Source: Camelus ferus (taxonomy: Eukaryota). From it: a stretch of DNA of 64,000 nucleotides. Positions 27,365 to 40,162 of the stretch are shown here, one piece after another. A program made the position numbers and the translations under genes. The notes beneath the pieces are model-generated. The model had not been told where the DNA came from. It searched no databases and was given only the letters and a program-made list of their open reading frames with translations. Position 1 is the stretch's first letter. Every line of letters starts with the position of its first letter. The stretch spans positions 52,640,001-52,704,000 of the forward strand of contig NC_045696.1 of the NCBI RefSeq assembly GCF_009834535.1. The letters are read 5' to 3'.

Positions 27365-27580
27365 ATAGAAAGAATCTAAAACAGACTATGTGTGTGTGTG
27401 TATATATATATATGTATATCTATATGTATATATATGCATACACATACACACACATATGTACATGTATGTATGTACATATATATGAATCACTTTGTTATAC
27501 ACCTGAAACTAACACAACATTGTAAATCAACTATACTTCAATAAAAATATTATATATATATACACTATCAAAAAAAAAAA
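27365..27580 (+). mobile_element. Short L1 3' end (artiodactyl type) with internal (TG/TA)n microsatellite and poly(A)
   Basis: GAATCACTTTG.TATACACCTGAAACTAACACAACATTGTAAATCAACTATACTTCAATAAAA; TSD AAGAAAGCAA at 27355-27364 and 27581-27590. Confidence 0.9.
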
Positions 27581-27689
27581 AAGAAAGCAATGGAGTAATG
27601 TAATATAAAAACCAATACAGATTGGAAAACATTGAGCAGTCACTACTAATTTCACCCACTAAGGTAGACAGGACATAATTTCCCCTTTT

Positions 27690-28135
27690 TCCTTACTTTT
27701 GTGCCACTATGGAAGCTAAAAGAAAAGCAAGATACTTACTTTTCTAATCTCCCTGGTAGAATCATTCAACTCAGTTCTGGCCAGTGAGTCATAGGGCAAA
27801 TCTGCAGTGAGGATTCTGGGAGAGATGTTATTTTCTAATGAAAGGGACAGATGTCAGCACTGCCCCTTCTTCCTCATACCTGCCTGGAAAGTATCTGTAA
27901 TATCTGAAGCTGCAGCAGCCATTTTAACACCAGAAGCCATACGTGGAATTGTGGGGAAAAACAGGTAAAGATGGCAGAGAAGAAGAGTGGGCCGAGGTTC
28001 CTCATGGTTCCACCCATGAGATGAATGAATGAAACAGTCATCTCTTGTTATAGAATACAGCTCACCTCTTATTTTTAAGTCATGATTAGTTGAGTTTAGT
28101 TAGTTATTATAGGTCTAAAATCTTCTTGATTACAC
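27690..28135 (+). mobile_element. Old MLT1 (J/K-like) LTR
   Basis: CTCAGTTCTGGCCAGTGAG...CTGAAGCTGCAGCAGCCATTTT...AAGATGGCAGAGAAGAAGAG...CTTCTTGATTACA. Confidence 0.65.
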
Positions 28136-28499
28136 CCGTTTTCTCCTTGGTTTTGTATTATACACATACATATACTCCAAAAACTTTTACCCAACAATGA
28201 TAATTCCTATGTGAATGACAAAGTTGTGTCTGTAGTATTCTTTCTGGGACAGAAGAGTTGGATTTGGAAAAAAATTATTTCTGTTTTCAAAAACTAAAAT
28301 AAGGAGAAAAAATTTTTATCCCACGAACTAATATGTTTAGTATTGGTGTATTTATCTAAAGTTGAATGTTGAAAATCTGGATGGAGAATATAGACTGTAA
28401 AAGTACTGATCCCAAAAAGCCAGCATTAATTCACCAAGAATAAATCATGCTAGTTTCCACATTACTTTCTTTGATTGAGGTATAAAATACTAAATAAGG

Positions 28500-29620
28500 A
28501 AAAGTTACTCATTCTGTGAAAATATAGTGAGTTATCTAGAATGTGCTGGGCCGTGTGCTAAGAAGTGGAGATACAAAGAGAGATAAAATTCAATTCCTTT
28601 CCTGAAGAAATTTGTTGGTTTCTTAGTTTCTGTATAATGATGAAAATAGGCAGGTAAATAAATACTGTCACTAATGTGTGGTAAGTGCTGGACAAGGGCC
28701 TGGACAAGAAAGAATAGTAACATTGAAAAAATGGTGGCATGAGGAGAGTGGTCATGTTTCACAGAAGAGAGTTTACTTTAGCTGTTACTTGGAAGAGTGA
28801 GAATTATTTCACTAAAAAATGGGAAAGTTATTCTGTGAATTGAAGTCAGCAGGTATAAAGGTATGGAGATAATTAAGGCATAGACCTCTTTGGAAAATGC
28901 AGTAAATTAGGTGTTTAGGGGTGTCATTGGAGAGATGGGTAGGTAGGCTGTGTGATGGTGAGGAATTTCAACTTCTTCCTGCAGTTAACTGGGAGTTACT
29001 GTGGGATAGTAAATAGAGGGGTTTCGTGATCTGGTAAGGTTGTTTTGGAAAGATGACTCTGGCTGTGTGTAGAATATAGATTCAAGAAGGGAGACTGCAG
29101 ACAGGGGGAGTAATTAAAAACCTATCACAAAAAATTCAAAAGAAATGAGAACCTAAAGTATTAACATCTAGCGGGTTTCATGACATATTGAATGTGGGTG
29201 AAGAGGAAGAGAAAGTTTTCCAGCACATTTTTTTTTTTTTTTTTTTTGCCTAAACAAGTGAGTAAGTGGCCAGTCCTACAAACCAGAATAGGGATTACAG
29301 GAGGAGGTGCATATTTTGGTGAGAGGATGTAGGGGGAAAGATAAGATGTTCATTTTGGGAGAGTGAATCATGCATATGGAGATCTGCACTTGAAGCATTG
29401 TTCCGACAAGTTCTCAGCTGCAAATACGGAACTGGAAGTCAGACAGCAAGATGTGGTGGTGGTGGAAGCCGTGGGCTGTGCTGAGGATGCCCAGACAAGT
29501 GGTGACTGAGGAAGGGAAATCTGACAAGAAGAAAGCGAAGGCACTTAGAGATGGAGAAGGAAAACTAGGTGAGTGAAGTGTCGTTGAAACAAAGATAAAA
29601 GGAAATTAAAGAAAAAACTA
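28500..29620 (-). mobile_element. LINE L2 3' portion
   Basis: Antisense L2 tail (AATGTGCTGGGCCGTGTGCTAAG..GTGGAGATACAAAG) and body (TGTTTTGGAAAGATGACTCTGGCTG, GGTGAGGAATTT.AACTT). Confidence 0.7.
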
Positions 29621-29679
29621 AACAGAAGTGGTTAGTCTTGAAGCTTCAGAGAAGCCTTATAAGGTAAGAAATGAAAAGG

Positions 29680-29684
29680 TGTGT

Positions 29685-29717
<33 letters not shown>

Positions 29718-29760
29718 GCAGAGGCAGAGAGGCAGAGGCAGAGAAAGACAGAGAGAGAGG
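29680..29760. repeat. Compound (GT)n(GA)n(GAGGCA)n microsatellite
   Basis: GTGTATGTGTGTGTGTGTGAGAGAGAGAGAGAGAGAGGCAGAGGCAGAGAGGCAGAGGCAG, read directly. Confidence 0.95.
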
Positions 29761-30479
29761 ACAACTGTGAGTTTCCTGGTGACCTAATTAAAGCCAATGG
29801 ATTGGTGAACACAACAGGCAAATTGCCAAGAGCTGAGACTTTGAAGAGGAGATGAAGAAGTGAAGATGGTGGGCAGAGGGACAGTAAGATGCAGAGCTAG
29901 GGTTAAAGGAGACTATTTTCTTTATGAAGAGGTGGAAGAAGCTAGAGTCTCTTACAAGAAGAAGCTAATGATTCCGTTGAGAGGAAGACGATGATACAAG
30001 AGAAGGAGAGGAGGACTAAGTTCTCTGAGGAATTTTGAGATGGCATTCCAAATAATCAGGGGAAACTTTCACTCTACTTTGCCAGGTTCGGGCGCATATA
30101 AGTCTGAATGTGGCAAAACAGCAGATGGGTGGAGTTCCTGCCTGAATGCATCTACTTGCTAAATGAGAGCAAAGACACGGTGTTGGTCATGCTGAAAATA
30201 AAGAGAAGAGATGGAATAGTAAGCACAAATAAAGTGGAAAAAATGAAATAGGCAATCTTCCAAATGGAAAAAAAAAAGCAGAGTGGAGAAATGGCACTGT
30301 TTATATGCTAGTGGGGTAGATGGAGATTGAAAGACGAAAGGTGGCATAGCTGATGGATCCTGGAGAAAGTGATCAGCTTTGCTTAAGAGAAGTGTCATCT
30401 TTTTCTCTGACATGGGAAGGAAGAAGGTGAGGGTTTCTGGACTTAAGTCATACACTTCATAAATAATGTCTTGAAAGTC

Positions 30480-31945
30480 TTATAGACATGTTGGGAAAAT
30501 TTGGACTAAATGCAAAGGCAGTTCAGTAGAAAACTACCTCGCTGAATCAATGCTGATTAATAGTTTCATGCTTGTGTGGAGGGAGAATTCTATTTGCATG
30601 GCCAAGGATTCTGTCCTTGGCCCTCTCCTGTCAGGCATTTTTTTAAATTCAGTGCCTCAGATAAAGATATATAAGGCTTGCTCATCAGATGTGTAGATGA
30701 CATGAAGCCAGAAGGGATAAAGATGACAGAAATGTGGGGTGACAGAATTAGGATCTAAAAAATTATTGACAGGGTGAAATGATTGGTTAAGCTTAACAAG
30801 ACGAAAATAAACAAGACTACATTCATATACAACATTTTACCCAGATGAAAAAGTAAAACCAAAGTTAACAACAGAACTAGACAACTTCTAGACACAGCCT
30901 TCAAAAAGTTGTGAAGGGTACTGGGTTTAGTTTAGCAGAATCATACGTAAATGTTTCAAAATTTTAGTTGGAGTAAAGAAGTGGTATGCCAGGTGCCATG
31001 TGAGCTTTTGCAAACAGATCGTTAAATTTCCAGGAATTTTGCAAGCCAGTAGTTAAACACAGCATTATTAAAAATTAAACTACTTATAAACTAAAAATTA
31101 AACCAATTATATGAAAAACAAATACTCAAAACATATCACTTCCTAATTTTTAAAATGTTTTATTAGTGCACTTGAGATTATTTATGTTTATTTTATCTAT
31201 ATGGTGAAAATACAATACAGTGTTGTTTTGCTGTGCGACTCTCCCCAGCTTTGCACACTGATGCCACACTGCAGTTTGGAAAAGGCCACGGTAGGAATAT
31301 TTACACCAAGGAAATTGGCAAATGGTGCAAATAATGTTTCCCCCATCCCCAGCCCCTGGAGAATCAGTTGTTAAACATACACCAGCACACCACTGAATAG
31401 GCTCACAATTCATTGGTGTGGTGGGACACACACACACCACACACACACAAACACACACACAGCTCTTACAGTTCTTTTATGTTTTAATTGATACTTAACA
31501 TCTAAAAGTATAATTATTAGTTAGAGATGTTACATTTTAAGGGATATAAACAAATTGTAGTGTTTTGAGGAGATAGAAGTCTAACCAGAATGAAAGGACT
31601 CAAAATCTCATTAAGTGAAAAACAGCTTGAGAGATGTTTAGTGTGCAGAAGACTCAGAGAGGATGGATGAATTGTGTTTAAATACTTGCTGAAATAATCT
31701 GTGAAAGAGGTATTTGTGGTAGCCCCAGGGACTGCAAACAGGACTACCAGGTGGGCCTTAGAGGGAGACAGATATGAGTTTCTAAAGGAAAGACTATCCC
31801 AGCAGTTGTCAAAAGTTGAAAATGAGAAGCTTTGGAAGTAACGTGCTTTCCTTCAAGCACAGAGTGTTTTAACATTTGGAAACATCAAATGGAGAGTTTG
31901 GGCCAGATGACATTAAAGGTGTCATCCAGCCTCCCAGGATCTTTG
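30480..31945 (+). mobile_element. L3/CR1 LINE remnant (reverse transcriptase region to 3' end), interrupted by MER63
   Basis: CAAGGATTCTGTCCTTGGCCCTCTCCTG (decayed QGSVLGP.LF motif), CTCATCAGATGTGTAGATGACATGAAG (decayed LIKFADDTKL), 3' end TTGGGCCAGATGACATTAAAGGTGTCATCCAGCCTC. Confidence 0.8.
30979..31395. mobile_element. MER63-type hAT-Blackjack element
   Basis: AAGTGGTATGCC ... GTTAAATTTCCAGGAATTTTGCAAGCCAGTAGTTAAACACAGCATTATTAAAAATTAAA ... GTTGTTAAACATACACCAGCACACCACTG. Confidence 0.88.
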
Positions 31946-33598
31946 AAGTTCAGGGACAGACAATGCACATGATTGAAGTCATGCAGGGCCTGACATCTGT
32001 GAATCTGATTACTTGAAGACTTATTAAGAGGATGCACATAGCCTTATTGTCCAACAGACCATTAAATACGTTTACTCTGATGAAGGCCCAGAAGATGACA
32101 ATTTGCTAATATGAGGAAAAGAGAGACTCCCAATATATCAGACATCAGGAATGAGGATGTAAAACCTTAATGAGAGATTGCCCCCAGTTTAACAAAAGCA
32201 AACAAAACTTTGAGATCATTAGTTAGTGTCAGGGAGACAAACGAGATAACATTCTCGGGCTCCAATTTCAATAATTCTATCTTTCAATGCTGTGTAATCT
32301 AAAGAATTGGATTAAAATATGTAAAATAATATAAATATAATCTCACCCTCTAGTATTAAACATTTATATGTGGACTAGGGAGAATGTGGTGTGGCCTGAA
32401 GTGTAGTGCACTTGAAGATAGCTTGGGAGAATTACTTGCTAATTTTGTCTGGGAAATTCAGAAAGTGGTATTTCAGTCAATGAAAAATCTTGAAAAGCCT
32501 GAATGATGGAATTATTTCGTTGACTTTTAGAGAAATTTGGGATTTTGAAGTCCCAAAAGAAGGAAGAGACAGAGAAATCGGAAGGAGAAAACCAAGTAGT
32601 CTGCAGAGGAGTTTGGGAAAATTTTATAGATACTGGGAGGAACTTAAAGGATGATCAGATGAGGATTATTGGGAACATACATTTCAGAACCTTGAGGACA
32701 GAGAAGGGGGAAAGTCTGTTCAAGAAAATTCTGTGGATGGAGTGCATTAGACACTGTAGGTGTGCTTTGATAGCTTCATTGTGAAAAAGTTTGATGTAAA
32801 GAAGAGTAGACTTGGATTTCAGATAGAAAAGGACCAAGTTTGTTAAGCAAAAAATCTCAGTTCTAAATTTGATGGAATCATAGTGGAGTGAAGAAAAGGA
32901 AAGGGGAGAAAACAACCCAAAAGGTTGAATTATAGGATGAGCTGCTTGGTTTGAATGAGAGTTGAAATTGATAATGTTTCAGTTAAACCTATCAATGCTT
33001 CAAGCCAAGATGAGCAAATTTAGTAATTTGAAGGTATATATCTGAAATAGCTTTTACTATCCAACTAAAAATTGAATAGTACATGAAACCTCCCAACACT
33101 GCCTCTGTCTATATAAGATGGTGCATTTTAGAAGGAGGTGTCATAAAGCATCATAGTAAAAGAGGTATCATGAGTCAGGGGAGAAAATAAACCGCGATTA
33201 GTTTTGGGATATCGTCTTTGGGGAAGGACAGCGCCCTGATTCCCCAGGTGATGACAGTTAACATTTAATGGAACCCAGATGGGAAACTTGATGTTTGGAG
33301 TTCATCAGGAAGCTGCATTTTGTCATTTCTCCATACCGTGAGCATTCCAGAAGAAAGTTCAGGATGGGACAAATTCAGGATCCACAGGAGTGGAAATGAT
33401 GAGAAACAAAACCATGTCTGTGTAGAACAAAATAACAATTGCAGGTTGAAATAGTTGGGGATCCTGAAAATCGATGTTTGAAGTTTTCTTCAAACCTCCT
33501 TCCTCCCTCCTTTTTTCCCTTCCTCTCTCCCACCCCAGTACTCTTCTGGTACAATTATGCATTCAGGACTCAATGGCTCTGAACTAAAGACTGGAAAC

Positions 33599-34689
33599 CA
33601 GAAGCAAATTTACTGAGATGCTAATTCAGATTAAGCTCCAGGGCTCCTCACTTGCATGGGCCCTGGGCCACATGTTTGTGCCTCTGTATAAAGTTTGAGA
33701 TAGTAAGGTATTTTAATAGCAACCCATTAAGACTCCTACCTCTTTCCACTCAAACTTTCCCTCTGCAGCACTCCTCATATCAGGTTGTGTGGCAGGGCAG
33801 TGGGCAATTTTGGGAACCAAGCAAGATGAGGTTGTGTTAGTGCTACATTTATATTGGGTTTAATGGGATATATTTATGTTGCTCCTAGGGACTTCCATGT
33901 AGAGTTAAGTTGATGCTAGCCATCCATGGCTACTGGGAATACCAGGTGCTGACTCACAGGACATGGCACCCTGAAGGGCAGGACCAGAAGCTGAATTATA
34001 ATACAAACAGCACCTGGCCTACATCACGTGCACCTGAGTCATGTGGTAAAGATGAGAAACACAGCTGGAAATGAATGAAGCCAGAAGCTAGTCTGTAGGG
34101 AAATGCCTCCAGGCATCAGCTATGTCCATTTTTAAGTGGGAGATTCGGTTCTTACCAAAGCCTGACCAAAACTGAAGTTCTTTTCTGTCAGGAATAAATT
34201 TGATAATGGCAAGTAATTCAATTATAAATATATAATACCGATGTCTTCTCTTTCCAACTATTTCAATTATTTGAAATAGAATTTTTCAGAATTCCTGTTT
34301 TTGTATCACTGCTAGTGCCCTGCACTAGAAATACATCTGTATTTGGAGTCTCATGTTTTAATCCTCCGACTATCAATCATAAAAACAATTCCAATGAACT
34401 GTGTTAGACGAGATTATCCTTTCCAGTCTCCTTTAGAATATTATATACAAAGTCATTGTCGTACAAAGAGATGATCAAAGAACACGTAGTCAAAAAAAGA
34501 ATTATAGAGATGTTAGTTGTTTCAAAATATTACATTTATTTTTTGAATGTTATGATGTGTGTAGTATATATCAATTTTTGAAATATATAATTTGTGATTT
34601 CTTATTCCAAATAAATATTCACTTTCATACTTAGAGGCCCCCCCAAATCATATAAGTTTTAGGTCTCATAAAACCCATATATGCCCCTG
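33599..34689 (+). mobile_element. Zaphod-like hAT-Tip100 internally deleted transposon
   Basis: 5' end CAGAAGCAAATTTACTGAGATGCTAATTCAGATTAAGCTCCAGGGCTCCTCACTTGCATGGGCCC, 3' end ...ATATATGCCCCTG; perfect 8-bp TSD CTGGAAAC (33591-33598, 34690-34697). Confidence 0.85.
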
Positions 34690-35873
34690 CTGGAAACACC
34701 AGAAATAAACCAAAAGAAACTCCAAAAAACAAAAAACTAAGAAATAGTGCTTGCCATCCAGAAATGTGCGTTTCAGGGAGAAGACTGGCTGGTAAATGAA
34801 CAACTCCAATACTTTGAGGGGAACAGAAAAAAGATATGTGGAAAATTCTGTGGTTCCTTTAATGATCAAACTAGATGAAATGTTCTGATTTCAATCTCTG
34901 ATGGTGGAAGTTTGTGTAATATGATGGAATCTTTCACATCAGCCACTTGATACTCTGAGTAAACCGCTGAGTTAGATTTGGTCACACAGGCAATCTCAGA
35001 CTTTCTTGGTGGCTGCGTGGCTACTGAGTCTTTGCTCATGGGCTGCATACCTTTCTTCTTCTCTTCCTTTGCCACCAGCACATGGTTCCCTCCCTGAGAT
35101 ATCCTTGTTCTGGGATATTGACTACTCAGCAATTCAAATGGCCTTCAGAGTTTGCTGGAAGGAGAAACTCTTGAGAGGATCTGAGGCAAGTCTGGAAAGA
35201 TGGATGGAGATTTAGAGGGTCCTAAAAATGATCCAGGTCTTAGCTTCAGACTCTTGTCTGCCTGTGGGAAGCAAGATGAATTCTGGCAATGAGGCTGTAC
35301 TGAAAAGCTCTCAACCTAATGAATATGGTGACATCATATCACAGAGGCTTGCCTTTCCTTGGAATGGGATGCAGCGTGTCTGCCTGGAAGACTTTGGCAG
35401 GCTCCGACAACTTCAGTCTTCTTTCTTACAATCAGGTTCTGTGTTGCACTTGAACATTTCAAAGCCTCCATAAAATGAACATTTTCAGAACTGTCTCATT
35501 CCTTACCACACCAGGTCCCTTTCAGGGTGTCCTCACATCTGAGCTTTGTATTCTCATTCTCCAGGCTGCCCAGGTTCAATCTCCAAGCCACTTTCGGTTC
35601 TTCCATTTTTCTCTTCCCTCAAGATATTCTTCCATGATGTAAATGAGACAGACCATGTAAAGCATAAAATCTGTGATACATGGAACATACTGGGCGCTCA
35701 ACAAGTGACAGTTCACTTTCTCTCCCACTGTCCCTTCCTGATCTAGGCATTAGAACAGTTCCATCCTCCTCTCCCTGAGCCCTGCTCTATCTGTCTCTCC
35801 ATTCCATACTCTGCAACATTGCCTTAGGCATTCTCAAAAATGTTCCTACTCACAAAGCTTCTGTCTGATCCCC

Positions 35874-36311
35874 TGTAGTAGGTTGACTTGTGTTCCTCAA
35901 AAAGCTGTATCCAAGTTCTAGCCCCCAGTACCTGTGAATGTGACCTTACTTGGAAAAAGGGTCTTTGCAGATATGATTAGGTTAAGGAAATGAATATGAG
36001 ATCCTCCTGGATTTAGCTGGACTCTAGACTCAATAACAGGTGTTCTTATAAGAAGAAGGGAAGACAGAATGAAGATGGAGTTAGAGATTGGAGTGATGCA
36101 TCTTCAAACCGAGAAATGGTGAGGTTGATTCACAGCCACTGGAAAGTAGGATACAGGAATGGAATGGATTTTTCCCTCAGAACCTCCAGAAGGAACTAAT
36201 CCAGCCAACACTTGAAGTTTAGACCTACAAAATGTGAGAGAATACATTTCTAGTGTTCTCAGTCCCCGAGTTTGTGGAAATCTGTTTTGGCAGCCCTAGG
36301 ACACTAATAGA
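35874..36311 (+). mobile_element. MLT1C-like MaLR solo LTR
   Basis: TGTAGTAGGTTGA...CCCAGTACCTGTGAATGTGACCTTACTTGGAAAAAGGGTCTTTGCAGAT...GGCAGCCCTAGGACACTAATA. Confidence 0.9.
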
Positions 36312-36737
36312 CTGTCATTGCCTGACCCTCAAGATCCTTCTTAGTTTGAGTGTAACCATCCATCCCTTCTCAGGTTCTCTCTTCCTACTCTCCTTTCCAG
36401 GTCCCCCTCTTCTTCATATTGACTGACAGTCCCTCGATCAGGTGGTGATTATTTATGAATTTTGCCTTTTCTGATATGACCTTTTTCTAAAACTTGTTGC
36501 ATCCTCTCTACTTGTTCAAATCCTAATTATGAAGTAGAAGACATATCCTAGTCCACAGTGATTTCTTTCCTATTCTGAGTTCTTACAACACACATTTGAC
36601 ATTGAGTTCTATTTTGTTCAAATAGCATTTGTTTTGCTTTTTACATGTGTGTATCTCCCTGAGGGCAGGATGTTTTTGCAACATGGGAAATGCTGAATAA
36701 GTGAGTGAAGTCAGAAAGTACTGATGGAGAGTGCAGA

Positions 36738-37166
36738 TGTCAGGGGCTGAATTGTGTCTCCTCAAAAGCCACATGTGGAAGCCCTAACCCCAGGTACCTC
36801 AGAATGTGACTGTATTTGGAGATCGGGCCACTAAAGAAGTAATTAAGGTTAAATAGTTTCATATGGTGGGGGCTTCTAATCCAGCTGGGCTGATGTCCTT
36901 TAATAAGAGGAAATTTGGATACAGAGAGACACCAGGGTGCACGTGTACAGCGGGACCACTTTGTGAAGAGGCAGTGAGAGGGCAGCCCTCTGCAAGCCAA
37001 GGAGAGAGGCCTGGAATAGGCCCTCCCCTTAAGGCCCTCAGGGGAAGCCAACCCTGCCATCACCTTGATCTTGGTCTTCTGGCCTCTAGACCTGTGAGAA
37101 AATAAATTTGTGTTGTTCAAGCCACCTGGTCTGTGGTATTTTGTTGTGGCACTGAACACTAATAGA
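36738..37166 (+). mobile_element. MLT1B/C-like MaLR solo LTR
   Basis: GGGCTGAATTGTGTC...GTACCTCAGAATGTGACTGTATTTGGAGAT...CTGTGAGAAAATAAATTTGTGTTGTTCAAGCCACC; TSD GCAGA / GCAGG. Confidence 0.9.
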
Positions 37167-37844
37167 GCAGGTAAAAGACTAAGACTAAAAGTTAAAAGAA
37201 AAGAAACTCCTGCAAGGGGGAGAGAAAAGGTGAACATAGTCTGTACGTGATTCAATGACACCTTTCTCTCAAGACCGGTCATAAAGTGGCAGACTATCTG
37301 ACAGAGCCATTCATAAGGCCTAGTAACTTCTGGGTTTATTATAACAAACAGGGTCATTTTAGTATAAAATTCAAAGAGATCTGAGGCTAGAACTAGGACC
37401 TGGCCCTCACCACTCTTCACCTTCTTCTAGAATGATGTTGTTGCCTAACCTGAGGTCAGGAAGTTACCTGTTACAGACCAACAGGTAACTTCTAAACTAA
37501 AATTATTTAAGAACTTAAATTTAGGCATCTTCTGGGATTAGGTATAAGTGGATCCACTGAAGAGTTGGCTGGGGATCAGGACAGTACTGGTTATTTTATT
37601 TATTTTTATTTTATAAATGTATTTTCTTTTTTGCCAAGATCACATCAGTGTCTACTTTTCTCTTCCTCATTCCTTTGCATTCCTATAACCTCCATTGCTT
37701 AGAGGAAAAATCATGCATTGGAATTTATTTCATGTTATTTAAATTAAATTTGGAATCTTGAGCTCCCTTCTGGGAAGTAGTTTTTAAAGGCTCATTGACA
37801 GACTGCAGTATGTCCAGAGGGAGACATCCAAAATGGTGAGAACT

Positions 37845-37939
37845 AGGGGGAGGGTATAGCTCAGTGGTAGAATGAGTGCTTAGCATGCACAAGGTCCTGG
37901 GTTCAATCCCTAGTACCTCCACTTAAAAAAAAAAAAAAA
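37845..37939 (+). mobile_element. tRNA-Ala(AGC)-derived SINE (camelid Vic-1 type, short form)
   Basis: GGGGAGGGTATAGCTCAGTGGTAGAATGAGTGCTTAGCATGCACAAGGTCCTGGGTTCAATCCCTAGTACCTCCA plus poly(A). A box TAGCTCAGTGG, B box GGTTCAATCCC. TSD AAAATGGTGAGAACT (37830-37844) / AAAGTGGTGAGGACT (37940-37954). Confidence 0.9.
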
Positions 37940-39830
37940 AAAGTGGTGAGGACTCTAAACACTGAGGCAGCTGAAGCTGGTTGAAGTAGGTGATGTTTGG
38001 TCAGTAACATACAGAGGGCTCTCTGTTGGATTAAAGTATCAGCGTGTTCTTCAAGGCTCTTGAGGTAAATGCTGGGCCTAATAGGTGGACCTTTCAGATC
38101 GTGGCTTTCATTTCAACACAAAACTTACACTACGGAGTCTAATCTCCAGAAGTGATGAGGTATAGAAGCCCACTGAATGTACTTTAGTGGTTAACAGGGT
38201 TTCAGAGTTGTGGCTTTACCTCCTCTTAGCTCTGTATCCTAGTCTAGGTATTTAATTTTCGTAACGTTAGTATCCCCCTTAAAATGGGATTACTGATTGC
38301 ACCTACCTCATTTTGAGTATTGGGTGAAATAATGTATGTAAACTGCTGAGGAAATGGATGCTAACACAGGTGGTTTAACATGTTAAGTCACAGAGTTCAT
38401 CCAGGCCTACGCCTGGTTTGGAGCTCTAGACTCTGGTTTAATTATGCCACGTTGTTTTCAAGTTTCTCTCTGATAAATAAAAGGGTGAAGAAGATATAAA
38501 TGGGAGGGCTAAGGGGAGTACATTGAAAGGGAAAGGAGTTGGCCTCTTTCCACAGCCAACTGTGTTCCTTAAGTTGGACCACATAGTTGACAAAATGATC
38601 TTATGTATGAATCTGTTTTTCCTCCCTTTCCCCCAATACCACCTCACCCACTTCTTCCCTTTCTTTCCAGCCCCCTCAGGCAGGTAGGGCAATCCTAATC
38701 CACAACAGGAACGGCTCTGACAAGGTTGCTTCTTACCTATTCTTTGCCCTCTTCTATCACTGACACACATAGATGGCTGTTGTTGAAAGCTTGGCTCTGA
38801 CTGAGCTTGTTGTAACATTAAAAAAAAAAAATTAAACTCAGAACTTAATTTTTTTTTTTAATCTTTGAGTATGAAAACTAAGAAGCAAACTGAGAGGAAT
38901 AAAAGACCAAGTAAGACTGGCTCTGAAGCAGGTCATGCTTAGGAAGACCTCTGTGATAATTTATAACTGTTACCTACTGAGTATCTCTCTGAGATAGTGC
39001 ACTCTGAGGTGAGTGTACCTGGGATTTTGTCAAAATGTATTGAGTACCTATTAAGCTCAGTGATCCTGATAATATGTATGATAATAAGCTGTCTTGTTGA
39101 CATGTATTAACTGGGCTCATATCAAGAGGGGACTAGAAAGACCATGAGCTGTTTAATTGGGGATGCTTGTCGTCACAATGAACAATAAGAAAGGGTTTGA
39201 AGAGTTATTTGAGATACTTACCTGAAAATATCACCAAAATTTCAGAAGAGTACGCTATCTAAGGTAAAGCTGCTATGTATGGAGAATGACTTCATTGTGC
39301 TTTGCATACATTATATTGTTCAGTCCTCACAGCATGTTGGCAAGGTTGATATTGTTATCTCTATTTTACAGCTTAGAAAACTAGGTGCAGAGAGGTTCAC
39401 TAACATCCCCAAGATCACACAGCACTGTATATGGAAAAATTATGTTGTATATACTCTTTTTAAGTCATATTTTCCTCCATCCAAATTATGAAGAACCACA
39501 GACAGAATTGAAGAAGTAAAGCTTCATGATATATTTTTTCTTCTGATAACAGATGAGTTTACTTTTATTCTTCTTGCCCAAACTGTAAAATATCATTTTG
39601 GGCATGCCAGCTAAAGAATGTCCCTCGCCACCTGGCCCTATAAGGATTATGTCATTAGCCAGTGCAGTTGCTGATCTTCAACACACCCTGAAAGGGGTCG
39701 GGTGGAGACTAGGAAGGAGACACTCTGTCCTCTGGGAAAAGTGGCAGAACAGGCCTTCAGATAGGTATTTTCAGGGGAAAATTTTTAAGAACATAGATTT
39801 TTGCATCTTCCCATACTTATAAAAGCACTA

Positions 39831-40132
39831 CAAAACAGAAACAGACTCACAGACATAGAAAACAAACTTATGGTTACCAGGAGGGAAAAGGGGTTGGAGG
39901 AAAAAATTGGGAGTTTGAGATTTACAGATACTAACTACTACATATAAAATAGATAAACAACAAGTTTATACTGTATAGCACAGAGAACTATATTCAATAT
40001 CTTGTAGTAACCTGTAATGAAAAGAATATGAAAATGAATATATGTATGTGTATGTATGACTGAAACATTCTATACACCAGAAATTGACACAAAATTGTAA
40101 ACTCAGTATACTTCAATTAAAAAAAAAAAAAG
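39831..40132 (+). mobile_element. Young L1 3' end (camelid/artiodactyl type)
   Basis: CAAAACAGAAACAGACTCACAGACATAGAAAACAAACTTATGGTTACC...GTATAGCACAG.GAACTATATTCAATATCTTGTA...poly(A); perfect TSD AAAAGCACTA (39821-39830, 40133-40142). Confidence 0.93.
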
Positions 40133-40162
40133 AAAAGCACTAAAACCATTAACTAAGATATC

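Noticed and set aside
36740..37420. Longest ORF in the window (226 aa, minus strand)
   Set aside because: Mostly the antisense of an MLT1 LTR; no recognisable domain and no supporting gene structure.
37845..37921. Functional tRNA-Ala gene
   Set aside because: Has a 5' extension, poly(A) tail and 15-bp TSD, and no oligo-T terminator directly after it: a retroposed SINE.
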